In this document: one piece after another, positions 9,826 to 18,882 of the stretch
Layout of the letters: each line of letters starts with the position of its first letter
Numbering within the stretch: the stretch's first letter is position 1
NCBI GenBank assembly: GCA_963790475.1
Contig: CAWBOS010000012.1
Span: 832,001 to 896,000 of the forward strand
Reading direction: 5' to 3'
DNA from: an uncultured delta proteobacterium
GTDB lineage: Bacteria; Desulfobacterota; RBG-13-43-22
DNA length: 64,000 nt
Made by a program: the position numbers and the translations under genes
Notes under the pieces: model-generated
What the model saw: only the letters and a program-made list of their open reading frames with translations
Told to the model about the DNA's origin: nothing
Database searches by the model: none

Positions 9826-10656
9826 ATGGATAATGGCTACATTCCCCAGTTGGCTCGGATTGTCGAAATCCAAACGGAGACCTACGATACCAAGAGTTTT
9901 GAGTTAGAATTTGTCGAGTCCCAGGGGAAAGACGAATTCCGATTCAAACCCGGCCAATTTGTTGAAGCCTCGGTTTTGGGTGTGGGGGAAGCCCCTTTTG
10001 GCCTGTCCTCTAATCCGAATCACCCTTCAACTTTCCGGATCACGGTTCGGGCAGTCGGTTCCGTAACCCAGGCCCTTCACCAGCTTAAAGCCGGAGATCG
10101 GATAGGGATTCGGGGCCCCTTCGGAAACGGGTTTCCTTATGATGGAGTCAAAGGGAAAAATATTCTCTTCGTTGGGGGCGGTATCGGACTCCCCCCCCTC
10201 CGATCCCTTATCGAGCCCATGCTTGAAGCCCGATCGGATTTCAAGGACATTCAGATCCTTTACGGTGCCCGCACCCCGGCCGACCTTGTCTATAAGGACC
10301 GTTTGGTGGAGTGGGCTAAAATGAAGGACCTGAGATTCATGATGACCGTGGATGTGGGTGACCCCACCTGGACCGGCGATGTCGGGGTGGTGACTACCCT
10401 CTTTCCTAAAGCGGACCTTAAGGTGGATGATTCCGTGGCCTTCGTCTGCGGTCCTCCTATTATGATTCAATTTGTCATTAAAGGACTGATCCAGCTGGGT
10501 GTCCATCCGAAAAATATCATCTCCACCCTGGAGCGCTATATGAAATGCGGGATCGGAAAATGCGGACATTGTGCCATTGGCCATAAATATATTTGTCTGG
10601 ACGGACCGGTTTTTTCCTATCAGGAGATGCTGAAGCTACCGGAAAAAGTAGTTTAG
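9826..10656 (+). CDS. FAD/NAD(P)-binding [2Fe-2S] protein, AsrB/HydG/FlxA-like
   Basis: FKPGQF, GEAPF, RGPFGNGF, GGGIGLPP, VCGPP, ERYMKCGIGKCGHC...CLDGPVF. Confidence 0.92.
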   Translation: MDNGYIPQLARIVEIQTETYDTKSFELEFVESQGKDEFRFKPGQFVEASVLGVGEAPFGLSSNPNHPSTFRITVRAVGSVTQALHQLKAGDRIGIRGPFGNGFPYDGVKGKNILFVGGGIGLPPLRSLIEPMLEARSDFKDIQILYGARTPADLVYKDRLVEWAKMKDLRFMMTVDVGDPTWTGDVGVVTTLFPKADLKVDDSVAFVCGPPIMIQFVIKGLIQLGVHPKNIISTLERYMKCGIGKCGHCAIGHKYICLDGPVFSYQEMLKLPEKVV

Positions 10657-10662
10657 AAGGGG

Positions 10663-12693
10663 GTGAATACCGTGTGGACCCTGAATGCTTTGATTGTCAC
10701 CGTTTTAGCGGGGATACTTCTCATTGCCATTTTCGCCCGATCCCGTCGAATCTGCGGGCTGATCGGGGTGGTCACCGTAGGGGTCATCACCGGGATCATT
10801 AGTTATATATCCTATCAAGTCTTTACGGTCGGGCCTCTGACCCTTGAGCCCATTTTCTCCATCCTTGCTCTGGGGGCTGATTTCTCAATCGGTGTGGACT
10901 ATTTGAGCGCCGTCTTTTTACTGCTGATCGGGGGCCTGTCCTTTTTAGGCACCCTCTATTCCTATCGTTATATGGACCACTACGCCACCCAGTCCCTGTC
11001 CCGCTTCTACCATTGTTTGATTCTCTTTATCGTCGGCATGATCGGGGTGGTCTGTCTGACTGATTTGTTTTTCTTTTTTGTCAGTTGGGAATTCATGACC
11101 CTTTCCTCCTACTTTTTGGTGACTTATGAAAAAGAGGATCCCGTTAACCTCAGGGCCGGTTTCAAATACTTTCTTATGACCCATATCGGTACCGCCGCCA
11201 TGTTCATCGGGGCCTTGATCCTGCAAACCGAGGTAGGGTCTTTTGCCTTTTCCCGTCTGGGAGAATCCATGGCCGGCATGATGGGGACCAGTCCGGTCAA
11301 ACTCTCTATTATTCTGGGCCTCTTTCTCTTAGGATTTGGGACCAAGGCGGGAATGTTCCCGGTTGGAACCTGGTTGCCTGACGCCCATCCCGCCGCCCCC
11401 TCCGGGGTTTCGGCCATGCTCTCCGGGGTGATGATTAAAATGGGCATCTACGGTATTTTTCGTTTCTTCTTTTTCCTCCTTCCCCCGTCGCCCTATTCCG
11501 TGGCCTTCGGCATAGCCATCGGGGCTCTCGGTGCCATCTCCATTTTCATGGGAACTATCTCCGCCCTCCTTCAGCATGACTCCAAGCGATTACTGGCTTT
11601 TCATTCCATCGGCCAAATCGGGTACATTCTTTTAGGCCTGGGGACCGGACTGGTATTCCTTAGGGGCTACCCCGCCCTGGCTATAACGGCTACCTTGGGG
11701 GGAATGCTTCATGTGTTCAACCATGCCCTTTTTAAAGGGCTCCTCTTTTTAAACGCCGGCTCCATACTTTATAAAACCGGAACGAGGGATCTAAACAAAC
11801 TCGGCGGGCTTTATTTTGCAATGCCCATTACGGCCTGGACCACCCTCATAGCCTCCTTTTCCATTGCCGGCCTGCCTCCTTTCAACGGCTTTATAAGTAA
11901 ATGGCTCATTTATGAGACGACGATCTTAGGGGGAGTTCAAAACCCTCTATTTATCCTTTTCGGTCTGATAGCCATTTTCATCAGTACGGTTACCTTGGCC
12001 TCCTTTATAAAATTTTTCACCACTGCCTTTAGCGGAGAAATGGATAAAACTCTGGCCAACAATCTTCTGCCTGGGGTTGATGTCCCTTTTTCCATGCAGC
12101 TTCCCCAGGTCATCCTGGCCTTTTCCTGTCTCTTTTTCGGTATTTTCCCCTGGATACCGCTCAAGATGATGTATTGGTCTTTAACGGGTTCCGCTTTTGG
12201 TTCCCATTTGCCGGCTCTGAACGATATCTTCGGCAGCTCCATCCTCGGTCTGACCTTGAGTCCGGGGTGGCCCCTGGTCGGTTCCTGGCTCCCCATCCCC
12301 GGGGTAATCCTCATGTCCGGCTGCTTCTTGCTGGCCTTCTGGATATCCAGGATGGCCAGACCGGTCAAGCGAACCGTTCCCCTTTGGACCTGCGGAGAGG
12401 TCTTTGAACCCAAGGAGATCAGATTTCCTGCGGAAAATTATTATGTTCCTCTGGTTTCCCGGTTCGAAGGATTAATCTATCCCGAATCGCCTTTGGACAG
12501 GATAAAATCTCCTCAAAAAATTTACAGAGGGCTGGATTTAGATGAGGTTCTTTATTATCCCCTAGCGGACCTGGTGGTTCGTATCTTTCAGAAATTCCGG
12601 AAGAGCCATGTGGGGACTCCGCAGGTTTATTTGCTTTATCAAGTGATAGGGATTTTAATTTTAGTGGCGGCCATGCTTATCTGGCTTTATTAA
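10663..12693 (+). CDS. hyfB: Hydrogenase-4 antiporter-like membrane subunit (HyfB/HycC)
   Basis: SWEFM, GFGTKAG, WLPDAHPAAPSGVSAMLSGVMIK, NHALFKGLLFL, LPPFNGFISKW, WTCG. Confidence 0.88.
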   Translation: MNTVWTLNALIVTVLAGILLIAIFARSRRICGLIGVVTVGVITGIISYISYQVFTVGPLTLEPIFSILALGADFSIGVDYLSAVFLLLIGGLSFLGTLYSYRYMDHYATQSLSRFYHCLILFIVGMIGVVCLTDLFFFFVSWEFMTLSSYFLVTYEKEDPVNLRAGFKYFLMTHIGTAAMFIGALILQTEVGSFAFSRLGESMAGMMGTSPVKLSIILGLFLLGFGTKAGMFPVGTWLPDAHPAAPSGVSAMLSGVMIKMGIYGIFRFFFFLLPPSPYSVAFGIAIGALGAISIFMGTISALLQHDSKRLLAFHSIGQIGYILLGLGTGLVFLRGYPALAITATLGGMLHVFNHALFKGLLFLNAGSILYKTGTRDLNKLGGLYFAMPITAWTTLIASFSIAGLPPFNGFISKWLIYETTILGGVQNPLFILFGLIAIFISTVTLASFIKFFTTAFSGEMDKTLANNLLPGVDVPFSMQLPQVILAFSCLFFGIFPWIPLKMMYWSLTGSAFGSHLPALNDIFGSSILGLTLSPGWPLVGSWLPIPGVILMSGCFLLAFWISRMARPVKRTVPLWTCGEVFEPKEIRFPAENYYVPLVSRFEGLIYPESPLDRIKSPQKIYRGLDLDEVLYYPLADLVVRIFQKFRKSHVGTPQVYLLYQVIGILILVAAMLIWLY

Positions 12694-12775
12694 GGGATGG
12701 GAAATTCCTTTAAAAGGGATTTTTCTTAATCAAAATTTTTAAGCTTAATTAATTAATGAGTATAAGGAGAAAGAA

Positions 12776-14461
12776 ATGGCCTTTGAAAACGGCGAAAAAT
12801 TAATGGTCCATTTAAGGGAAAAATTTCCAACAGAGATAATCTCCGCCAGGGAATGGGTCCCAATGAAAGTTTTCATAACCATCCGCCGGGTATCCATTCG
12901 ACCCCTGGCCGAATATATCTTCCGCGGTTTGGGGGCCCGGTTTAATACCATCGTCGGGATGGATCGGCGGCCCACCCATGGGGATTTTCAAACCACTCAT
13001 ATTTTTTCCCTCGATTCGGACAAACTTTTTGTCCTGCTCCAGTCTTCCATACCTCAGGACCAGCCGATGATCGACTCCGTCACCCCCTTGATCCCGGGGG
13101 CCAATTGGGCCGAAAGGGAAATCCGAGATCTGGTGGGGATCAACTTTGCCGGTCATGGGGACCCCCGCCGTCTGGCCCTTCCGGATGACTGGCCGGAAAA
13201 CCTTCACCCGCTGCGCAGGGATTTTGTCTATAATTTTCGCCCTGAACCAGTCGAGGGGCAGGCTCCCAAACCGGTTGAAGCACCCGGAAAGGCCACGGTA
13301 TTTCCTATCGGCCCCTTCTTTCCGGTATTGGAGGAGCCGGCGGCCTTCCGGGTCTTCCTGGAAGGGGAAACCGTGGTAGGCTGTGATTATCGTGGTTTTT
13401 ATAACCACCGGGGAATTGAGAAAATTGCCGACTCGGTTCTGACCTATAATCAGATTCCCTTCATCGCCGAGCGTATATGAGGCATCTGAGGGTATATTCA
13501 CAGTACGTGTTACTGTGAGGCCGTTGAAGAAGCTGCTGGGATTGAGGTTCCTCCCCGGGCCCGGTATATCCGGAGCATTTTACTGGAGCTGGAGCGCCTT
13601 CACTCCCATCCCCTCTGGCTGGGGATCGGGGGTCATGTTTTGGGATTTGACACGATTCTCATGCAGACCTGGCGCATACGGGAACCGGTGATGTGGCTTT
13701 GTGAGCAGATCACCGGGAACCGGAAGACCTATGGTATGAATCTGATCGGGGGTGTCCGCCGGGACATTACCCCGGAGATGAAACCCAAAATTTTAGAGGT
13801 CATCGATCATCTGGAAAAGGAATGGTTGAAGGTGATCGAAGCCATCAGTGGGGATACGCCCCTGATGATGCGTCTCAAAGGCGTTGGGGTGCTCAGGCAT
13901 GAGGACGCCGTCGACTTTTGCGTCACCGGGCCTACGGCCCGGGGGTCCGGTGTGGCCATCGATTCCCGGGTTGATCATCCCTACGCCGCCTATGGGGATC
14001 TGGTTCCGGAAAAAAAGGTCCATGAAGAGGGGGACATCCTGGCCCGCACCCTGGTTCGCCTGGAGGAGACCCTGGAGTCCGTCCGTCTGGTCCGCCAGGG
14101 GATCCAGGAAATTCCCGAGGGCCCGATTATGGCTGACATCCCTGAGGAAATCCCCGCCGGACGGGAAGGAGTCCGGGTGGTTGAAGCGCCTCGGGGGGAA
14201 TCGATGCATTATGTGCTGACCGGGGAGAACAACCGTCCCTACCGCTGGAAAGTGAGGGCCCCGACCTATATGAATCTGGAGTCAGTGGCGGTAATGATTC
14301 AGGGGCTTGAACTGGCCGATGTTCCTATCGCCATAGCCAGCTATGACCCCTGCTTTTCCTGTACCGAACGGTTAGAGGTGGTGGATCGTCAAAGCGGAAA
14401 AATTCGTATCTATACTCATGGCCAACTGGTCCAACTGAGCCGGGACAAAAGGAATAGGTGA
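12776..14461 (+). CDS. hycE: Group 4 [NiFe]-hydrogenase large subunit (HycE/HyfG, NuoCD-like) with two in-frame TGA codons (13478-80, 13487-89) at the L1 Cys positions; predicted selenoprotein, 561 aa
   Basis: The track ORFs 12776-13480 and 13640-14461 share one frame. Read-through gives FYNHRGIEK...AERI-U-GI-U-GYIHS...ELERLHSH. L2 motif is DPCFSCTER, followed by a cleavable C-terminal tail. Confidence 0.9.
13497..13519 (+). promoter_or_regulatory. Putative bacterial SECIS hairpin
   Basis: Perfect 7-bp stem CACAGTA/TACTGTG (extendable to 9 bp) with apical loop CGTGT; loop lies 16 nt after TGA2 and 25 nt after TGA1. Confidence 0.72.
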
Positions 14462-15369
14462 AAATGAACAACATCATCACTTCAGCCTTGATAAATTTGC
14501 TTCTGGTAATCCTGGCCGCCCCTTTTTATGAAGGTATTCTGCGAAAGCTCAAGGCCTTCGTTCAATCCCGTCAGGGACCTCCGCTTCGGCAGCCTTTTTG
14601 GGATCTCTTAAAGTTGTTGGGGAAAGAAAACCTTCAGGTCACCCGAAACCCCATTTTTTCACTGGCCCCCATTATCACCTTCGGAAGCGTCCTGATGGCG
14701 GCTTTATTTGTCCCCATGGGCTCGGCCCCTCCTTTCGGATTTGCCGGTGACCTGATTGTCCTGATTTATCTTCTCACCCTGGCCTCAGTAGGGGTCATGC
14801 TGGGAGGGTCTGTTTCAGGAAGTCCTTACGGGGTAATCGGGATGGGCCGGGAGATGATGTTGGCCATGATGGTCGAGATCATTGTTCTGGGAAGCCTGAT
14901 CGTCGGGGCGATGCAGACCAAGTCCTTTGACTTAGGACAAATCTCATCCTGGTATCGAAAAGCCGGCCCCAATCTTTCTATGATCGTGGCGGCCATCCCC
15001 TTCCTGCTCTGTCTTCAGGTTCTAGTCGGCAAAATCCCCTTTGACCTTCCTGAGGCCGATCAGGAAATCATGGGAGGCCCTTTTGTGGAGACCCCAGGGG
15101 CCCGGCTGGCCCTTTACAAGTGGAGCTATTTCGCCAAACAGATTATCTGGGCCTCAATCTTTTGGGAAATTTTTATCCCCTGGCCCAAAACCGGATATTA
15201 TCCTCTTGATCTGATCATTCATCTGATAAAGATTTTAATAGTCCTCCTTCTGGTCGGATTGGTTGATGCGGTAAATCCTCGTCTCCGGGTAGATCAGGGC
15301 ATACGGTATTTTTCCGGTATTTGGATAATCCTAATTCTGGCTGTGGCTTTTGCCGTGATCGGAGTTTAA
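14458..15369 (+). CDS. hyfC: Hydrogenase membrane subunit HyfC/HycD (NuoH-like)
   Basis: RKLKAFVQSRQGPP..QPFWDLLKLLGKE, KIPFDLPEADQEIMGG, NPRLR. Confidence 0.9.
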   Translation: MKMNNIITSALINLLLVILAAPFYEGILRKLKAFVQSRQGPPLRQPFWDLLKLLGKENLQVTRNPIFSLAPIITFGSVLMAALFVPMGSAPPFGFAGDLIVLIYLLTLASVGVMLGGSVSGSPYGVIGMGREMMLAMMVEIIVLGSLIVGAMQTKSFDLGQISSWYRKAGPNLSMIVAAIPFLLCLQVLVGKIPFDLPEADQEIMGGPFVETPGARLALYKWSYFAKQIIWASIFWEIFIPWPKTGYYPLDLIIHLIKILIVLLLVGLVDAVNPRLRVDQGIRYFSGIWIILILAVAFAVIGV

Positions 15370-15523
15370 TAGGATGCGTAATAACCTTTTTATTACAGGT
15401 TGCTCAAAAAGGCCCAGATACAAGGCGCCTGAAACTCCGAGGAACGAGTCGTACATAGACGTACGGCGCAGTGAGGAGGGGTGAGGGCAACGCAGTAGAT
15501 GGACCTTTTTCAGCAACCTGTTA
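15367..15523 (+). mobile_element. MITE-like element, copy 1 (125-bp core 15396-15520 plus conserved outer segment)
   Basis: Ends CAGGTTGCTCAAAAAGG...CCTTTTTCAGCAACCTG-TTA; clearly homologous to copies at 16728 and 55378. Confidence 0.8.
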
Positions 15524-15536
15524 GGAAGGTGATCCA

Positions 15537-15983
15537 ATGTTCAAAAGCAAAATGAAGGAAGCCATCATCTGCTTTAAAGCCGGGCGGGTGACCGCCCCCT
15601 TTCCTTTGGGGCCTGAGCCGAATCCTCCCCAGGAGGGCTATCGGGGTAAGATCGCCGTGGATGTAGAAAAATGTATCGGCTGCGGAGGTTGTGCCAATGT
15701 TTGTCCGCCCCGCCTGATTAAAATCACCGATACCGACCAAACCCGCGTCCTCGAATATTTCCTGAGCCGTTGCACCTATTGCGGTCGATGTGCCGAGGTC
15801 TGCCCGGAGGAGGCCATTACCATGACCCGGGAATACCAGTTGGCGACCAATGATGTGAACGACCTTTATATCCGGTCCGAGCTTTATATGGGGACCTGCG
15901 GACGGTGTGGACGATGCTTTAAGCCCAAAACCATTCTCGACAAAATGATGGTGACCGGATTTCAACCAGGGGATTTATCCTAA
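15537..15983 (+). CDS. hyfH: Hydrogenase 2x[4Fe-4S] subunit HyfH/HycF (NuoI-like)
   Basis: YRGK, CIGCGGCANVCP, CTYCGRCAEVCP, extra CxxC. Confidence 0.9.
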   Translation: MFKSKMKEAIICFKAGRVTAPFPLGPEPNPPQEGYRGKIAVDVEKCIGCGGCANVCPPRLIKITDTDQTRVLEYFLSRCTYCGRCAEVCPEEAITMTREYQLATNDVNDLYIRSELYMGTCGRCGRCFKPKTILDKMMVTGFQPGDLS

Positions 15984-16025
15984 ATCAGGCTATAACCTTC
16001 AAAAGGTAGAAACGGACAGGAAAAG

Positions 16026-16691
16026 ATGGAACCTTGGACTAAACTTATCTCCGCTTTGAGTCTTTCGCTGATTCTCACGGCCTACCTCATCATCGAGATA
16101 AAAAACCTGCGCTATGCGACCTATGTTTATATCCTCCAGGCCCTTTTGATGTGCAGTCTCTTTTTGGCTTACGCCGGCCAAAACCCCAGGCTCTATTACT
16201 GGGCCTTGACCGCCTTGGTTACCAAGGTGTTTATTATCCCCTTTATGCTTTTGCGAACCATCCGCCGGACCAAGGTCCTGGAAGTTCCTCCCGTGATCGG
16301 GTACTTAGGATCCATCATCTTCCTTACCGTGGTCATCGTTATTTTTTACCGCCTTACGCATAAATATGTTGATTTCATCGCCCCCACTCCCCTGGCCACC
16401 CAGGAGCCTTTTCGGACCAATCTGGCGGTAAGCCTGGCCCTGTTTGTCATGGGGTTATATTGCATCCTGGTCCGGAGAGATGCCATCAAAGCTGTTCTGG
16501 GGCTTACCATTTTACAAAACGGGGTTCACCTCTCACTGGTCACCCTGGTCCCCCTGCTTGAAGAAACCGGCGTTATCGGGATCGTCACCGATCTGGTCAT
16601 CGCCGTCGTTCTCTTGCTCTATATTACCCAGGGGGTTTACGAGAAATTCGGATCAACGGATACCTTCAACCTTAAGGAACTTCGATGGTGA
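16026..16691 (+). CDS. hyfE: Hydrogenase-4 membrane subunit HyfE (NuoK-like C-terminus)
   Basis: Multi-TM; TKVFIIP, QNGVHL; operon position. Confidence 0.8.
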   Translation: MEPWTKLISALSLSLILTAYLIIEIKNLRYATYVYILQALLMCSLFLAYAGQNPRLYYWALTALVTKVFIIPFMLLRTIRRTKVLEVPPVIGYLGSIIFLTVVIVIFYRLTHKYVDFIAPTPLATQEPFRTNLAVSLALFVMGLYCILVRRDAIKAVLGLTILQNGVHLSLVTLVPLLEETGVIGIVTDLVIAVVLLLYITQGVYEKFGSTDTFNLKELRW

Positions 16692-16702
16692 AAAATGGAG
16701 AT

Positions 16703-16855
16703 TAACAGGTTGTGGAAACCCTTTTTGCAGGTGGCTCAAAAAGGTTCAGATGCAAGGCGCCCGAAGTTCCTTGGCATGAGGCGTAGTTTAATCTACGTCG
16801 GAATGACAAGGGATGAGGGCAACGCCGCAGATGGGCCTTTTTCAGACACCTGTTA
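16703..16855 (+). mobile_element. MITE-like element, copy 2 (core 16728-16852)
   Basis: 125-bp core homologous to copies 1 and 3. Confidence 0.8.
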
Positions 16856-16868
16856 AGGAATGTATAAT

Positions 16869-18359
16869 ATGGACTGGGAAATCCTCTATCTTTTGCTGGC
16901 CCCCACCTTGACCGGATTTTTTATTTTTATTTTTGGGAAAAAGTCCTTTTATTGGAGTGAAGGACCGGCTCTCTTAGGGTCGGCTATCACCTTGGGCTTC
17001 TCGGGCTGGATTTTTCTTCAGACCACACGAGGTGAAGTTCTATCATTCTATCGTGATGAATTCAGGGTTGACGCCTTGAGCGGGTTGATGGTTGGGCTGG
17101 TGGCCTTCCTCGGTTTTATAGCCATTATTTATTCCTTTTCTTACATCCGGAAAGAAGTGGTCGAGGAAGTCATCCCACCTGAGAAATTACATTCGTATTA
17201 CGGTTGGCTGATGCTTTTTCTGGCCTCCATGCTCTGGGCCGTGACCACCAACAATGTTTACCTTCTCTGGGTAGTTATCGAAGGTACCACCTTGGCTTCG
17301 ATTATCCTGGTATCCTTCAACTGGTCCCGGGAGGCCCTGGAGGCAGGTTATAAATACGCCCTGCTTTTGACCGTAGGGATTACCTTTGCCCTTTTTGGCT
17401 GCATTCTCCTCTATGCCGGATCTTCCCCCCATATTCCCCCGGGACTGGATCCACTCAAAATCAGCGAGATTGCCAAGGTGGCCGGGAAGATACCTCGGAG
17501 CATTGCCCTGGTGTCGGTCATTCTTCTCTTGGCCGGTTTTGGAACCAAGGCGGGTGTTGTCCCTTTTCACACCTGGCTTCCGGATGCCCATGCCGAAGCC
17601 CCTACCCCGGTCAGCGCCCTGCTTTCCGGGATCATGATCAAGGTGGGGATTTATGCGGTCATTAGAACCGTTCTGATCTTCTATTCTTTTTATTCCGTCA
17701 TCAGCCTTCTGGTCCTCATTCTCGGGGTAATAACCATGATTGTGGGCCTGGTGATGATGTTCCTCCAGGACGATGCCAAACGATTTTTAGCCTTTTGCTC
17801 CGTGGTCAGTGTGGGATATATATTCATGGGCCTGGGCCTGGGCAGTTATTTGGGGATCTATGGGGCCATATTTCATCTGATCAATCATTCCCTGATGAAG
17901 GCCCTGGCCTTTTTGTCTCTCGGTGGAGTGATTTATGCCACCCGCTGTCGGAAGATATCCGAACTGGGGGGGGTGGGAAAATTGATGCCGGTAACCGCTT
18001 TAACCTTTTACGTTTCGGCCCTGGCCCTAAGCGGCATCCCCCTGTTTAATGGATTTGTCAGCGAGTTTACCATCTTTCTGGCCGGAGTGAAGGCCGGTTA
18101 TTTGTGGGCGACGATCATCGCCATCGTGGTGTCTGTTCTGACTCTGGCGGCCTTTATCCGGGTCAGCGCTCGGATATTCATGGGGACCCTGCCTCAGAAT
18201 CTGATGAATTTGCCGATCCGAGAAGTTCCACCAACCATGTGGGGAGGGGAAATTCTCCTGGCTGCCCTCTGTATATTGATCGGGGTCTATCCTCAGTTGA
18301 TTTATCAAGTCCTTCATGAGGCGACCAAGGCGATTTTTGCGATGATGCCCATGCCTTAA
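16869..18359 (+). CDS. hyfF: Hydrogenase-4 antiporter-like subunit HyfF (NuoM/N-like)
   Basis: WVVIEGTTLAS, EAGYKY, GFGTKAGVVPFHTWLPDAHAEAPTPVSALLSG, NHSLMKALAFL. Confidence 0.88.
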   Translation: MDWEILYLLLAPTLTGFFIFIFGKKSFYWSEGPALLGSAITLGFSGWIFLQTTRGEVLSFYRDEFRVDALSGLMVGLVAFLGFIAIIYSFSYIRKEVVEEVIPPEKLHSYYGWLMLFLASMLWAVTTNNVYLLWVVIEGTTLASIILVSFNWSREALEAGYKYALLLTVGITFALFGCILLYAGSSPHIPPGLDPLKISEIAKVAGKIPRSIALVSVILLLAGFGTKAGVVPFHTWLPDAHAEAPTPVSALLSGIMIKVGIYAVIRTVLIFYSFYSVISLLVLILGVITMIVGLVMMFLQDDAKRFLAFCSVVSVGYIFMGLGLGSYLGIYGAIFHLINHSLMKALAFLSLGGVIYATRCRKISELGGVGKLMPVTALTFYVSALALSGIPLFNGFVSEFTIFLAGVKAGYLWATIIAIVVSVLTLAAFIRVSARIFMGTLPQNLMNLPIREVPPTMWGGEILLAALCILIGVYPQLIYQVLHEATKAIFAMMPMP

Positions 18360-18369
18360 AGGGGGGAAC

Positions 18370-18882
18370 ATGTTAAAAAAATTAATCGATAAGGCCCAGT
18401 TCAAATCACTCTGGGTCTACCATGCCAATACGGGTGCCTGCAATGGCTGTGATATCGAGGTGATTAATGTCTTGACCCCCTATTATGATGCGGAACGTTT
18501 TGGAATCAAGCTGGTTGGCTCACCCCGTCATGCCGATGTTTTGCTGGTTTCGGGCCCGGTGACCCGACAGGTGGCCCCGGCCTTGCTTAGGCTTTATGAG
18601 GCCGTCCCCAGTCCAAAATTGGTGTTTGCCATCGGGGGCTGCCCTTCAGGAGGAGGAATGTTTTTTGACAGTTATGCCACCTTGGGGGGGTTGAACAAAG
18701 TCATCCCGGTTGACTTTTATATTCCCGGATGCCCGCCCAGGCCAGAGGCGATCCTCTATGGCGTAGCCGTGGCCTTAGGTCTGGCCCCTAAAAAAACGGC
18801 CCCCATCATGTCTTCCCAGGTCTTTCCGGAGGAGATTCTTCAAAAAATCGAACAAGGGGAATTAATCCATGAACAAAAATAG
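18370..18882 (+). CDS. hycG: Group 4 hydrogenase small subunit HycG/HyfI (NuoB-like)
   Basis: ACNGCDIE, GSPRHAD, GGC, IPGCPPRP. Confidence 0.92.
   Translation: MLKKLIDKAQFKSLWVYHANTGACNGCDIEVINVLTPYYDAERFGIKLVGSPRHADVLLVSGPVTRQVAPALLRLYEAVPSPKLVFAIGGCPSGGGMFFDSYATLGGLNKVIPVDFYIPGCPPRPEAILYGVAVALGLAPKKTAPIMSSQVFPEEILQKIEQGELIHEQK

Noticed and set aside
12776-14461. Reading the large subunit as two genes (NuoC-like + NuoD-like) or as a pseudogene
   Set aside because: Both parts share one frame, the stops fall only on the two ligand Cys codons, the intervening codons are conserved HycE sequence, a SECIS-like hairpin follows, and the rest of the operon is intact.
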